Assembly (NCBI GenBank): GCA_963762145.1
Contig: CAVXJS010000007.1
Coordinates: 128,001-192,000, forward strand
DNA from: an uncultured Candidatus Rokubacteria bacterium
Lineage (GTDB): Bacteria > Methylomirabilota > Methylomirabilia > Rokubacteriales > CSP1-6
Direction: 5' to 3'
DNA length: 64,000 nucleotides
A program made the position numbers and the translations under genes. The notes under the pieces are model-generated. The model was not told the origin of the DNA and ran no database searches. It saw only the letters and a list, made by a program, of their open reading frames with translations. Positions 42,871 to 53,612 of this stretch are shown piece after piece. Every line of letters begins with the position of its first letter. Position 1 is the first letter of the stretch.

Positions 42871-43643
42871 GTGGGCGTCGGCGCGGCTCTTCTGGTAGCT
42901 CTGGTGGTGTCCGGCTGCGCGTCGGTCGCCCCGATCGACGCGGCGGTACGCCGCCCGGCCCCGCCCGACCTGCTCCGCTTCGGGGTGGACACGTTCGCGT
43001 TCCCCAACGAGAGCCGCAGCAAGAACTGCGGCAAGCCCGACCTCTACGCCAACTACTGCTTCGTGATGGCGCGGGCGGTCACGCAGTTCCAGCGCTTCGC
43101 CCGCTTCGATCCCGCCGCGCCCCGCCTGGCGTCCGAGGAATACGTCGCGCGCGTCAAGGAAGTGGTCGCGCCGTCGCCCTGGGAGGAGCCGCTGCCCGCC
43201 GACCGGCGGGTCGTGATCCCCGGCTACGCCTCGCTCCACGAGTTCTCGCGCGCCCAGGAGGCGGCGGTCAAGGAGGGGCTCGGTCGGCGATTCTGGACGC
43301 TCGTGCACTGGACGAACTGGCGCGTGGTGTTCCCGATGCCGCGCTGGCAGCAGGAGCGGGTCGCGCGTGAGACGCTCGGCCGAGCTGGCCGAGGGGCGGC
43401 CGGTGCAGTTCCTCGTGACGAACTTCCCGACGTGGGAGCTCAATCACACCGTGGTCGCGTACGACTACCGCGCTCGACGACGCAGGCAACGTGCTCTTCA
43501 CGGTCTACGATCCGAACGATCCCGCCGAGCCCGGACGGATCACCTTCGACCGGACCGAGCGCCGCTTCGAGGCGAGCCGCCTCCACGACACCCGGCAGGG
43601 ACCCATCCGCGCGTTCCGCATGTACTACTGGGCGCTGCTCTAG
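42871..43643 (+). CDS. Lipoprotein with putative Cys-His-Asp triad (frameshifted)
   Basis: Lipobox VSGC; NYCF, LNHTVV and YDPNDP in successive frames; stop TAG 43641-43643. Confidence 0.65.
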
Positions 43644-43647
43644 GCCG

Positions 43648-44556
43648 ATGGCGAGCGAGCCGGGCGCGCCCGACTGGTACTCGCACGGACTGAACCGCGT
43701 CGCCTACTATCGGCTGGCCGCCGGCGTGGCCACCGCCCTGCCGCGCCCCGCGCGCCTCCGACTCGCGCGTGGGCTCGGCCGGCTCCTCGCGCGGACCTTG
43801 GCCGCGGAGCGCCGCGCGGTGCGCAGGAACCTCGGCCGCGTGCTCGCGGGCGCGGCGCCCGCCGTGATCGAGGCGCGGGTGGGCGAGACCTTCGCCAACT
43901 TCGGAGCGTTCTTCGCCGATCTGCTGACGCTCAATCGCCGCCCCGGCACCGATCTCGGCGCGTACGTGGCCTCCGCGGAGGGCGAGCATCACCTCGACGG
44001 GGCGATCGCGGCGGGGCGGGGTGTCGTTCTCCTCACCGCGCACCTCGGCAACTGGGAGTTCGCGGGGCGGCTCCTGTCCTCCCGGAGCGGCCGTACCGCC
44101 CACGTGGTGCTCTCCGCCGAGCAGGACGCCGCCCTCGAGCGCTACCTGCGGCTCGACGGCCCGCGGCTGCGCTTCGTGACGCGACGTCATGCCACGTCCA
44201 CGCTCGGCCTGGTGGCCGCGCTCCGGCGCGGGGAGCTGGTGGCGATGCAGGCCGACCGGCCCAGCGGCGGGCGCGGGGACGCGATCGTGCCCTTCTTCGG
44301 CGAGCCGGCCGCGTTCCCGCTCGGGCCCTTCGTGCTCGCGCGCGCGGTCGGCGCGGCGGTGATCCCCGCCTTCTGCGTGATGGCGCCGGGCGGCCGCTAC
44401 CGGCTCGAGATCGATGCGCCGATCTGGGTCAAGCCGGGTGAGGAGCAGGGCGGCCTCGCCACCGTGGTGGCCGCGCTCGAGCGTGTGATCCGCGCCCACC
44501 CCACCCAGTGGTTCAACTTCTACGACGCCTGGAGCCCGCCCGGTGGCCACGCCTGA
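43648..44556 (+). CDS. Lysophospholipid / lipid A-type acyltransferase
   Basis: TAHLGNWE, ADR, FFG..A.FP.GP and PTQWFNF motifs. Confidence 0.9.
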   Translation: MASEPGAPDWYSHGLNRVAYYRLAAGVATALPRPARLRLARGLGRLLARTLAAERRAVRRNLGRVLAGAAPAVIEARVGETFANFGAFFADLLTLNRRPGTDLGAYVASAEGEHHLDGAIAAGRGVVLLTAHLGNWEFAGRLLSSRSGRTAHVVLSAEQDAALERYLRLDGPRLRFVTRRHATSTLGLVAALRRGELVAMQADRPSGGRGDAIVPFFGEPAAFPLGPFVLARAVGAAVIPAFCVMAPGGRYRLEIDAPIWVKPGEEQGGLATVVAALERVIRAHPTQWFNFYDAWSPPGGHA

Positions 44557-45725
44557 GCGCGTGGTGATCGCCGCCGCCGGGGTGGTGACCCCCATCGGCC
44601 AGGATCTGGAGGCCTTCTGGTCCTCGCTGGTCACGGGTGCCTCCGGCATCTCGCAGATCGAGCGGGTGCCGGTGGCGGACCTGCGGGTGCAGCGGGGCGG
44701 CGAGGTCAAGAAGATCGGCCGCATCAAGGACTGGCGTGGGGTGCCCGACTGCCGCGCGAGCCGCCTGCTGATCGCGGCGGCCGACGACCTCTGCACGCAG
44801 ACCGCCTTCCACCCGCTGCCGCTGGACCCGGCGCGGGTGGGCGTGGTCGTGGGCACCGCGCTCGGAGGTGTGGAGGAGGGCGAGAAGGCGCTCGCGGGCG
44901 ACCGCGACCCCCGCCGGCTGTCCCAGGCGCTCTACGACGCCCCGGGCTGGGCCCTCGCGCGGTGGCTCGGCGCGCGCGGCCCGGTGATCACGGTGTCCAC
45001 CGCATGCGCGTCGGGCGCCACCGCGCTGGCGGTCGGAGCCGACCTCCTGCGCGCGGGCGAGGCGGACGCGGTGGTGGCGGGCGGCTACGACGCGCTCTGC
45101 CGCTTCGTGCTGCGGGGCTTCGACGTCCTGCGCTCGCTCACGCGCGACGAGGTCCGGCCGTTCGACCGGCGCCGCAGCGGTCTGCTCCTGGGTGAGGCGG
45201 GGGCGCTCGCCCTGCTGGTGCGCGAGCGCGACGCGCGCGGACCGCGGCTCGGCACGCTGCTGGGCTACGGCAGCGCGAGCGACGGCTTCCACATCGCGGC
45301 GCCCGAACCCGAGGGGCGCGGCCTCGAGCGGGCGATCCGGGCCGCGCTCGCCGACGCGCGCGTGTCGGCCGCCCGACATCGACCTGGTGAGCGCGCACGG
45401 AACCGCCACGCCGCTCAACGACCGGATCGAGACGGCGGCCCTCAAGCGAGCCCTCGGCCGCCGGGCCCACGAGATCCCGATCAACTCCATCAAGGGCAGT
45501 CTCGGCCACACGATGGGCGCCGCCGCCGCCCTCGAGGCCTTCATGTGTCTGCTCTCGGCTCAGCGGGGCCTGATCCCGCCCACGCTGCACCTGGAGGAGC
45601 CCGATCCGGAGTGCGATCTCGACTATGTGCCGGGCCGCGCGCGCCCCGGACGCCCTCGCGTCATGCTGAGCACGTCCATGGGCTTCGGCGGCTGCAACGG
45701 CGCCATCGTCCTCGAGGCCGCCTGA
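44543..45725 (+). CDS. Beta-ketoacyl-ACP synthase KS1 (frameshift near 45370)
   Basis: STACASG, AHGTATPLND and KGSLGHTMG give the Cys-His-His triad. Confidence 0.9.
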
Positions 45726-46624
45726 TGGGGGCCCCCGCGATCCGCGGCCTCGGAGTCCTCACCGGCCAGGCAAAGTCCGCAGACCGGGGGAGTGCGGGGG
45801 CCACCACCGGCAATACCACCCAGGTAAAGTCCGCGGACCGGGGGAGTGCGGGGGCCATTTCTGGGCCCCCGCATATGGAGGGCTTAAAGAAAGGAACAGT
45901 CGACAGCAGGCTGGAAATCCTCACCCTCCCCCGTCCAGACCGTCCCGGCGACCGTTTCCGGAGGGCCACCCGGGAGTGCCTCCTGGCCCTTGCAGCCGTG
46001 GACGCGATGCTTGAAGATGGGAATGCTTCACGGGAGGTCATCGCGGGCGAGCGGACGGCCCTGATGTACGTGACCGCCGCCGCCTACGGCGCCTCCAACC
46101 GCGCGTTCATCGAGCGCCAGGGCGGGGTCATGCACTTCGCCTACACGGCGCCCGCGGTGGTGCCGGCGGAGGTGGCGATCGAGTTCGGGGTGGCCGGCCC
46201 GTACGGGATCCTGATCGGGGGGGCGCCCGCGACGCTCCGCGCCATCGAGCAGGCGGCCCGGCTGCTGGAGGCCGGCACCTGCGACCGGGTGCTGGTGCTC
46301 GCGGTCGAGATCTTCGAGGAGTGCGCGGACCTCTACGCGCGCCACCGCCGGTCCTATCCGGGGCCGCTGGTGGAGACCGCGGCGTGTCTGTGGCTGGAGC
46401 GGGGTGAGGGCGCGATCTCGTTCGAGTCTGCGCGCGCCGGCCGGCGGGTCGTCGCGGGGGCCCGGCCGGGGGAGCGGTTCTCGGCGGGCCCGCTCGCGGA
46501 TCTGCGCGACTGGCGGGCCCAGGCGACGGGGGGATCGGTGGAGCTGTCGGGACGCTGGCGGGGAGAGCACGCGCGGCTACACTGGAGTCCGGAGATATCG
46601 CACGCGCGCGGCAGCGCGGCGTGA
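45725..46624 (+). CDS. KS-like chain-length-factor-type protein CLF1, carrying an in-frame repeat insertion
   Basis: Coupled ATG; DRFRR..R...LA and GPY..L.GG motifs; no catalytic Cys. Confidence 0.7.
   Translation: MGAPAIRGLGVLTGQAKSADRGSAGATTGNTTQVKSADRGSAGAISGPPHMEGLKKGTVDSRLEILTLPRPDRPGDRFRRATRECLLALAAVDAMLEDGNASREVIAGERTALMYVTAAAYGASNRAFIERQGGVMHFAYTAPAVVPAEVAIEFGVAGPYGILIGGAPATLRAIEQAARLLEAGTCDRVLVLAVEIFEECADLYARHRRSYPGPLVETAACLWLERGEGAISFESARAGRRVVAGARPGERFSAGPLADLRDWRAQATGGSVELSGRWRGEHARLHWSPEISHARGSAA
45767..45877 (+). repeat. Intragenic palindromic element plus a 54-bp-period partial duplication
   Basis: GGGGGAGTGCGGGGGCCATTTCTGGGCCCCCGCATATG (45840-45877); CAGGYAAAGTCCGCRGACCGGGGGAGTGCGGGGGCCA occurs at 45767 and 45821. 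Confidence 0.9.
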
Positions 46625-46640
46625 AACGGAGGTCGTGTCG

Positions 46641-46916
46641 ATGACGCAGAAGGAAGTCCTGGACGAGCTGAAGGGGCTCGTCGTCGAGCGGCTCAAATTC
46701 GACCCGCGCCGCGCGGCCGAGATGACCCTCGAGACGACGCTTCCCAAGGGCATCGACGGCTCGCTGGGCCTGGACTCGCTCGACTTCATCGAGCTATCGG
46801 TCGCCATCGAGGAGCGCTTCGGGATCGTGATCGACGAGACCCGCGACCTGACGGACGAGTTCCTGTCGCTGGATTCCCTGTCCCGCTTCATCCTGGCCAA
46901 GAACGGCCGGGCCTGA
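46641..46916 (+). CDS. Acyl carrier protein
   Basis: LGLDSLD phosphopantetheine motif; IEERFG; GGAGG RBS. Confidence 0.95.
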   Translation: MTQKEVLDELKGLVVERLKFDPRRAAEMTLETTLPKGIDGSLGLDSLDFIELSVAIEERFGIVIDETRDLTDEFLSLDSLSRFILAKNGRA

Positions 46917-46951
46917 GGGTTCGAGGCCCAGCCCCGGACGATGAGCCTGGC

Positions 46952-48184
46952 ATGAGCCGGTCGGCGGCGCGCGACGGCCGGGCGGAGGTCGTCGTCAGCG
47001 GCCTCGGGGTCGTGAGCCCGTACGGCGCCGGCGTGAAGAGCTTCTGGAACGGGCTCTGGCCGCCGGCACCTGCGCGATCAAGCCCATCACCGTCATCGAG
47101 ACCGAGGGCTTTCGCTCGCGCATCGCCGCCGAGGTCCCCGCCGAGGTCATCGAGCGCGCTCGGCTCGTCGCGGCGACGCTCGCGCGCGGACCGGATCGCC
47201 CTGGCCGCCGCGCGCGAGGCCCTCGCCGACGCGGGTCTCGAAGGGCGCGAGCGCGCCGGAGGCCGCGCTTGCTCATCGGCGCGGTCGGCGGCGGCATGCT
47301 CGAGGGCGAGGACTGGTACTGGGCCAGACGCTGGGCGCGGCCGGCCCTCGTCGCGGATGGGCGCGCTGCGCTCGATCCTGCCGTTCTCGCACGCCGAGAC
47401 GCTCGGCTGGCGCCTCGGGCTCACCGGCCCGAAGGAGACGGTGGTCATGGCCTGCGCGTCGGGCGCGGCCTCGATCGCGCTCGGCGCCGATCTGGTGCGG
47501 GCCGGCGTGACCCCGACCGCGCTCGTGGGCGGCGTCGACGCGCTCACGCACATCTGCTTCATGGGGTTCAACGCGCTCAAGCTGCTCGATCCCAGCCCGT
47601 GCCGTCCCTTCGACCGCGATCGCCGCGGCATGTCGCATCGGCGAGGCGGCCGCGTTCCTCGTCATCGAGGACGCGGAGCACTGCCGGGCGCGCGGCGGCC
47701 GCGTGCACGCGCGGCTCGCCGGCTACGGCATGACCACCGACGCGCATCACGTCACCGCGCCGCATCCCGAGGGCGAGGGGATGATCCACGCGATGCACCT
47801 GGCCCTGGACGCCGCGCGGGCTCGCCGCCGGCGACGTCGGCTACGTCAACGCTCACGGCACCGGCACCCCGCAGAACGATCGCGTCGAGGCGCTCGCCCT
47901 CCGCCACGTCTTCGGCGAGGGCGGCGTGCTGGTCAGCTCCACCAAGTCGCTGGTCGGCCACACCATGGCCGGCGGCGGGGAGCGTGGAGGCGGCCGCCAC
48001 GATCCTGGCGCTCCAGCACGGGCTGGTGCCGCCGACCGCGAATCTCGAGCGAGGTGGATCCCGAGGTCCCTTCGACTGCCTGCCCCGCATGGCGCGCCCG
48101 GCCAGGATCTCGGCGGCGCTGTCGAACTCGTTCGGCTTCGGCGGCCAGAACGTCAGCCTGATCTTCGCGCGAGACGGATCGTGA
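46952..48184 (+). CDS. Beta-ketoacyl-ACP synthase KS2 (frameshifted)
   Basis: MACASG, NAHGTGTPQND, KSLVGHT and SNSFGFGGQN motifs. Confidence 0.88.
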   Translation: MSRSAARDGRAEVVVSGLGVVSPYGAGVKSFWNGLWPPAPARSSPSPSSRPRAFARASPPRSPPRSSSALGSSRRRSRADRIALAAAREALADAGLEGRERAGGRACSSARSAAACSRARTGTGPDAGRGRPSSRMGALRSILPFSHAETLGWRLGLTGPKETVVMACASGAASIALGADLVRAGVTPTALVGGVDALTHICFMGFNALKLLDPSPCRPFDRDRRGMSHRRGGRVPRHRGRGALPGARRPRARAARRLRHDHRRASRHRAASRGRGDDPRDAPGPGRRAGSPPATSATSTLTAPAPRRTIASRRSPSATSSARAACWSAPPSRWSATPWPAAGSVEAAATILALQHGLVPPTANLERGGSRGPFDCLPRMARPARISAALSNSFGFGGQNVSLIFARDGS

Positions 48185-49354
48185 CCGATCGCCGCGTCGT
48201 CGTCACCGGGATCGGCACCGTCAACGCCTCCACCGCGGGCGGGCGGGACGCGCTGGCCGCCGCGCTCGCCCTCGGCCGCTCCGCGATCGGGCCGGTGCGC
48301 GTCGTTCGACGCCGGCGCGATGTCACGAGCCGGCTCGCCGCCGAGGTGGACGAGGCCACGGTCGCGTCGCTCGTGGATCGGGACGCGGCCCGGCGCCTGT
48401 CGCGCATCTGCCGCCTCACGCTCGGCGGCCTGCCTGCTCGCGGTGGGCGACGCGGGGGTCGCAGGGCGGGCCCGGGCTCGGCATCGTGGTCGGCACCGAG
48501 CACGGCGACTTCACCTCGAGCCGCGACTTCGCGCAGGGCTTCCTGCGTCGCGGGCCGGCCGGGCTCTCGCCGATGATCTTCCCCAACACCGTGATGAACA
48601 CGATGGCGTCGGTCGCGGCCATCGCGATCGGCGCGCAAGGCGCCCGTCGATCACCGTGAACCAGGCGACGCTCGCCGGCGACCTCGCGGTCGCGCGCGGG
48701 CACGCGCCTGGTCGCCGACGGGCACGCGGACGCGGTGGTGGCGGGCGGCGTCGACGAGCTGTTCCCGACGTCTACGAGCGGCTCGCCGAGATGGGCGCGC
48801 TCTCCCCGATGGGCGGGCGGGGCGCCGGAAGGGCTGCCGGCCCTTCGCGCGCCGACCACAACGGCCCGGTGCTGGGCGAGGGCGCCACGTTCCTGGTGCT
48901 CGAGGAGCGGGACGGCCGCGCGGGCGCGCGGGGCGCGGATCATCGCCGAGATCGCGGCGATCGCGCTGGGGCAACGTGCCGACCGCGCCCCACACCGGCG
49001 CGGCCGGGACGGGGCGATCCCGGCTCCCCGGTGGCGCGGCTGCTCCGCTCGTGCGCGCCGGAGCCGGCGTCGCGCGCTGCTACGGCGCCGGCAACGGCGA
49101 TCCCGCGGTCGACGACTGGGAGCGCGCGCTGCTCGGCCGCGACCTCGGCGCGCGCGCCGAGCTGCTGCCGCCGCGATCGCTGGCGCCGCTCTTCGGCCAG
49201 CACGGCGGGCTGGGCGCGCTGCGCGTGGGCGCGGCCGCGCTGGACGCGGCGCGCGGCACGTGCCGCGGTGCTCGTGCACGGCATCGCGCGCGGCGGCTGC
49301 CGGACCGCGCTGGTGGTGGAGCCGGCCCTTGAATCCGGTCGAGCGATCACCTGA
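48181..49354 (+). CDS. Chain length factor CLF2 (frameshifted; end approximate)
   Basis: RRVVVTG.G, SPMIFPNTVMN and GEGA motifs; TVNQ with Gln near the catalytic Cys position. Confidence 0.78.
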
Positions 49355-50420
49355 TCGTCATCCCGGTCTTCAACGAGGCCGCCACCATCGGCGAATCGTG
49401 GAGCGGGCCCGGCTGCACGGCCCGGTGCTGGTGGTCGACGACGGCTCGACGGACGGAGCGCCGCGGTCGCCGCGGCGGCCGGCGCCGAGGTCATCTCGCT
49501 CGGCCGGCGGCGGCGGCAAGGGTGCGGCGCTCCGGCGCGGGTTCGCCGAGGCGCGTGCGCGCGGGGCGCGGAGCGGCGTGGTGACGCTCGACGGCGACGG
49601 CCAGCACGATCCCGACGACATCCCGCGCCTGCTCAAGGCGGCGGTGGAGGACGCCGCGGAGCCTTCGTCATCGGCGGCCGCCTGGGCCGCGGCTCGCGGC
49701 ATCGCGCGCGGTGAGCAGGTGATGCCGGCGGGCCGGCTCGCGGCGCTGCGCGTGGCCGGCTTCTTCATCGACTGGCTGACGCGGCGTGCCGGTGCGGACA
49801 CCCAGTCCGGCTTCCGCGTCTACCCCGCGCGCCTCCTCGTCCGCGGTGACGCCGCGCCACGGCGGCTTCGTGCTGGAGAGCGAGATGCTGCTGCGCGCCG
49901 CCGCGCTGGGGTGCCGGATCGTCGAGGTCCCGATCGCGCCGATCCACTTCGAGGACCGGCGCAGCCGGTTTCGCCCGGGCCGCGACGGCATCGCGGTCGG
50001 GGCCTTCCTCGCCGGCCGCATCGTGCACGCGCTGGGCGCGCGAGGCCGGCGCGGGCGCGCTCTAGGTCGATCGGGATCTTCAGCCCCGCGCGACTCCGGG
50101 CCCGGCACCGCGAGATGTACGCAGTTCGCGGCGCCGCAGCGCGGGAACCCGCCCGGCTGGGCGCTGGCGGTCGGCACGTTCGTCGCGCGATCGGGCGATC
50201 CGGTCCGTCGAGCGACGGCTGGCGACTCTCCGCACGCGCGCGGCCTGCGCCTGGCCGCCGTGGCCACCGCCGCGACCCCGCTCATGCTCGCGCTCGGGCT
50301 GAGCCGGCGCGCGCTCGCCGCCGTCGGGCATCGACTGGCTCAGCCCGGCGGTGCGGCGGCTCTATCGTCAGGAGGAGCTGGGCGCACGCTCGAGGCGCCC
50401 GCGCCGCGGACCGCGGGGCG
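49329..50420 (+). CDS. Glycosyltransferase family 2 (frameshifted; possibly fused to the downstream enzyme)
   Basis: IPVFNEA, VVDDGSTD, GKGAAL, LDGDGQHDP and DTQSGFR motifs. Confidence 0.82.
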
Positions 50421-51704
50421 GGGCGCCCGGCCGACTACGACGTGCTGGTGGTGGGCGGGGGGCCCGCGCGGGTCGAGCGCGGCCACGTTCCTCGTCGCGC
50501 GGCGGCCTGCGGGTGGCGGTGGCGGAGCGCGAGGCCTTTCCGCGCTTCCACGTGGGCGAGTCGCTGCTGCCCGCCAACCTGCCCGGTGCTCGAGCGGCTG
50601 GGCGTGCTCGACGAGGTGAAGGCGCGCGGCTTCCTCGTGAAGTACGGCGCCTACTTCCACGATCAGGAGATGGACCTGGGCTACCAGTTCTTCTTCCGCG
50701 AGGGCAAGCCCTGGCCGCCCTACACCTACGAGGTCCAGCGCGGCCGAGTTCGACAAGATCCTGCTCGACCACGCGGCCCGCCAGCCGAACGTGACGCTGC
50801 TCCAGCCCGCGACGCGTCGAGCGCGTGGCCTTCGACGACGACGGCGTGACCGCGACCTCGCCGAGGCCGCGGGCGCGCGCGAGGTCCGCGCGCGCTTCCT
50901 GGTCGACGCCAGCGGCCGCGACGCCTTCATCGCCTCCCGGCACGGCCGGCGGCGGCCCATCGAGGGGCTCGGCAAGGTCGCGCTGTTCGCCCACTTCCGC
51001 GGCGGGCGGCGCTGGCCCGGGCAGCGAGGAGGGCAACATCCGCATCTTCGTCTTCGAGGCGGGCTGGTTCTGGTACATCCCGTTCGCCGACGGCACGAGC
51101 AGCGTGGGCTGCGTGCTGCACGCCCGCACGGTGCGCGGCCGCGAGGGCGACCTGGAGCAGCTCTACGAGTCGCTGATCGCGCGCTGCCGCGGGCTCGCCG
51201 AGGCCCTCGACGGCGCGCCCCGCATCACGCCGGTGCACAGCGCGGCCAACTTCTCGTACCGGACCGACCCCGCCATCGGCGACCGGTTCGTCTGCGTGGG
51301 CGACGCGATCGCCTTCGTGGATCCGATCTTCTCCTCCGGCGTCTACATCGCGACCCAGTCGGCGGAGCTGTCCTCGGCTGGAGATCCTCACGGCGTTCCG
51401 GGAGAACCGCTTCGAGGCCCGCCGCTTCCGCGCCTACGAGCGCCGATCCACAACGGGCATGCGGCCCTTCCAGCGCTTCATCCGGCACTTCTACGATCCC
51501 GTCGTTCCTCGAGATGTTCCTCAAGCCGCGCGAGTTCGCGGGCATGGTGGACGAGCGTCACCGGCGTGCTGGCCGGGGGCGCCTTCCTGCGCCGCACGCT
51601 CCGGATGCGGGTCTCGCTGGAGCTCTTCTTCACCGTCGTCCGCGATCAACCGCTGGGTGCGCCGCCGCCGGGGCCTGAGCACGGAATCCCGCTTCGAATG
51701 GTAG
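50420..51704 (+). CDS. Flavin-dependent halogenase-like oxidoreductase (frameshifted)
   Basis: DVLVVGGGP, FPRFHVGESLLP, GFLVKYG, GWFWYIP and GDA..FVDPIFSSG motifs. Confidence 0.82.
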
Positions 51705-52890
51705 CGCTCCGGCGGCTCCTCCCGCGGGGCTACCTCTTCACGGTGCTCGGGATCGCGGTCGGCGTGGCCGGGCTGGTCGCGCTGGGCGCCATGGCCGAGC
51801 GCATCACGCGCTTCATCGACGGCGGCGACCGCTTCGTGCTGGGCCAGATCTCGGTGGCCGGCGAGGGCATGGGCATGGGCACCGGCTTCACCGCGGGCGG
51901 GCTCCTGCGCGCGTCCAAGATCGACCAGATCGGCCGGGTGCCCGGGGTGGCCGCGGTGCAGGGGCAGGTGATGCTGCCGCTCAATCCCACCACGTCGCAG
52001 TTCCTGACCCTCACCCAGGAGCTGATCCTGGGGCATGGATCCGGCGGTGCGCATGTCCAATCGGGAGTTCCGCGAGCTCCCGGTACGCGACGGGCGCTTC
52101 CTTCGGCCGGGCGATCGCGGGGTGGTGGTGGTCGGCGCCGACTTCGCGGCCTCGCGCGGGCTGGCGAGCGGGCGGGACGATCGACCTGGCGACCGGCCGG
52201 ACGTTCCAGGTGGTGGGCGTGCTCGACAAGACCCTGACCGCGCCGGATCGCTTCGCGATCGTGCCGCTGGAGGACGCGCGCGACCTCTGGCTCCGGCGCG
52301 ATCCGCTGCTCGTGCAGGTCTTCGCGGGCGGCGCCGGGGGCCTCGGCCGCGGCGACCTGAACACGGGCGCGGCGGTGGCGTGGGCGGACGGGGTGGATCC
52401 GGACGCGCTCGCGCGGCGGATCCAGGCCGAGGTGCCCGGCCTCAACGTCACCATCCCGGGCGAGCTGAGCCGCCTGCTGCGACAGTCCACCGCGTTCTTC
52501 TCCGCGCTGCTCTTCGGGATCGGCGTCCTGGGCCTCGTGATCGGCGGGCTCTCGCTCTCCAACACCGTGACCGCGGCGGTCTTCGAGCGCATCCGCGACT
52601 TCGGTATCAAGCGCGCCCTCGGGGCCACCGACGGGCAGCTCCTGCGCGAGGTCCTGGGCGAGGCGCTCGGGGTGTCGGTCTCCGGCGGCCTGCTCGGGGT
52701 GGGGCTCGCCCTCGCGGTGGGCGCGCTGGTGGACGCGCGCGGCGGCGGCCAGCAGCTCTTCCTGTTCTCGCCGCGCCTGCTGGGCTTCGCGCTCGGCTTC
52801 TCGATCATCCTGGGCGGGCTCGCCGCGACCTACGCCACCCTCCGGATCGTCCGGCTGTCGCCCGCCGAGGCCATCCGGCGGGGGGCCTGA
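51698..52890 (+). CDS. MacB/FtsX-type ABC permease (frameshifted)
   Basis: TVLGIAVGV, ERIRDFGIKRALGA and PAEAIR motifs. Confidence 0.87.
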
Positions 52891-52903
52891 AGGGGGCGCC
52901 GGA

Positions 52904-53596
52904 GTGGTCGTCCGCGCGCACGGGCTCACCAAGACGTTCCGCGGTCCCGACGGTCGGCCGGTCCCGGTGCTCCACGGCGTGGACGTGGAGGTGAAGCCGG
53001 CCGAGTTCGTGGCGGTGGCGGGCCCGTCGGGCTGCGGGAAATCCACCCTGCTCAACCTGCTCGGCCTGCTCGAGCCGCTCGACGCGGGCGAGATCTGGCT
53101 CGACGACGTGCGCGTGAGCGCGCTCTCGCGCCGCGCCCAGTGCGGGGTGCGCGGCCGCTCGATCGGCTACGTGTTCCAGTCGTTCCTGCTGATCGCCGGG
53201 CTCACCGCGCTCGAGAACGTGCTGCTCGCCGCGCGCTACGTGGGGCGCCCGCGGCCGACGGCGCTGGCGGAGGCGCGCGGGCTCATGGACCGCCTCGGGG
53301 TCGCCCATCGCGCCGATCACTATCCGGCGCAGCTCTCGGGAGGCGAGCAGCAGCGGGTGGCCTACTGCCGGGCGGTCCTCAACGCGCCGCCGCTGGTGCT
53401 GGCCGACGAGCCGACCGGCAACCTGGACGAAGGCCACGCCGCGGTGATCCTGGCCGAGCTGCGCGCGCTCTGCCGGGAGCGCGGGACCTCGGTCATCCTC
53501 GTCACCCACCGGGCCGACGCGGCCGCGCGCGCGGACCGCGCGCTCCATCTGCGCGCGGGCCGGCTCGAATCGCAAGGAGGCGACGGGCACTCATGA
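52904..53596 (+). CDS. LolD/MacB-type ABC ATPase
   Basis: GPSGCGKST, LSGGEQQR and ADEPTGNLD motifs. Confidence 0.93.
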   Translation: MVVRAHGLTKTFRGPDGRPVPVLHGVDVEVKPAEFVAVAGPSGCGKSTLLNLLGLLEPLDAGEIWLDDVRVSALSRRAQCGVRGRSIGYVFQSFLLIAGLTALENVLLAARYVGRPRPTALAEARGLMDRLGVAHRADHYPAQLSGGEQQRVAYCRAVLNAPPLVLADEPTGNLDEGHAAVILAELRALCRERGTSVILVTHRADAAARADRALHLRAGRLESQGGDGHS

Positions 53597-53612
53597 TCGG
53601 CCTCAGCCTCTA

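Noticed and set aside
42871-44556. 561-aa lipoprotein-acyltransferase fusion in the ORF track
   Set aside because: Frameshifts near 43380-43490 join the two. A stop at 43643 and an ATG at 43648 separate them.
45767-46030. Diversity-generating retroelement explaining the altered codons
   Set aside because: No reverse transcriptase and no template/variable repeat pair are present, and the changes are towards A/T rather than at adenines.
44543-46624. 693-aa KS-CLF fusion in the ORF track
   Set aside because: Caused by a frameshift near 45370. The KS1 C-terminus ends at TGA 45725, overlapping the CLF1 ATG.
47000-52200. Decay of the PKS cluster
   Set aside because: Same indel pattern, and catalytic motifs are intact. 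Decay cannot be fully excluded without reads.
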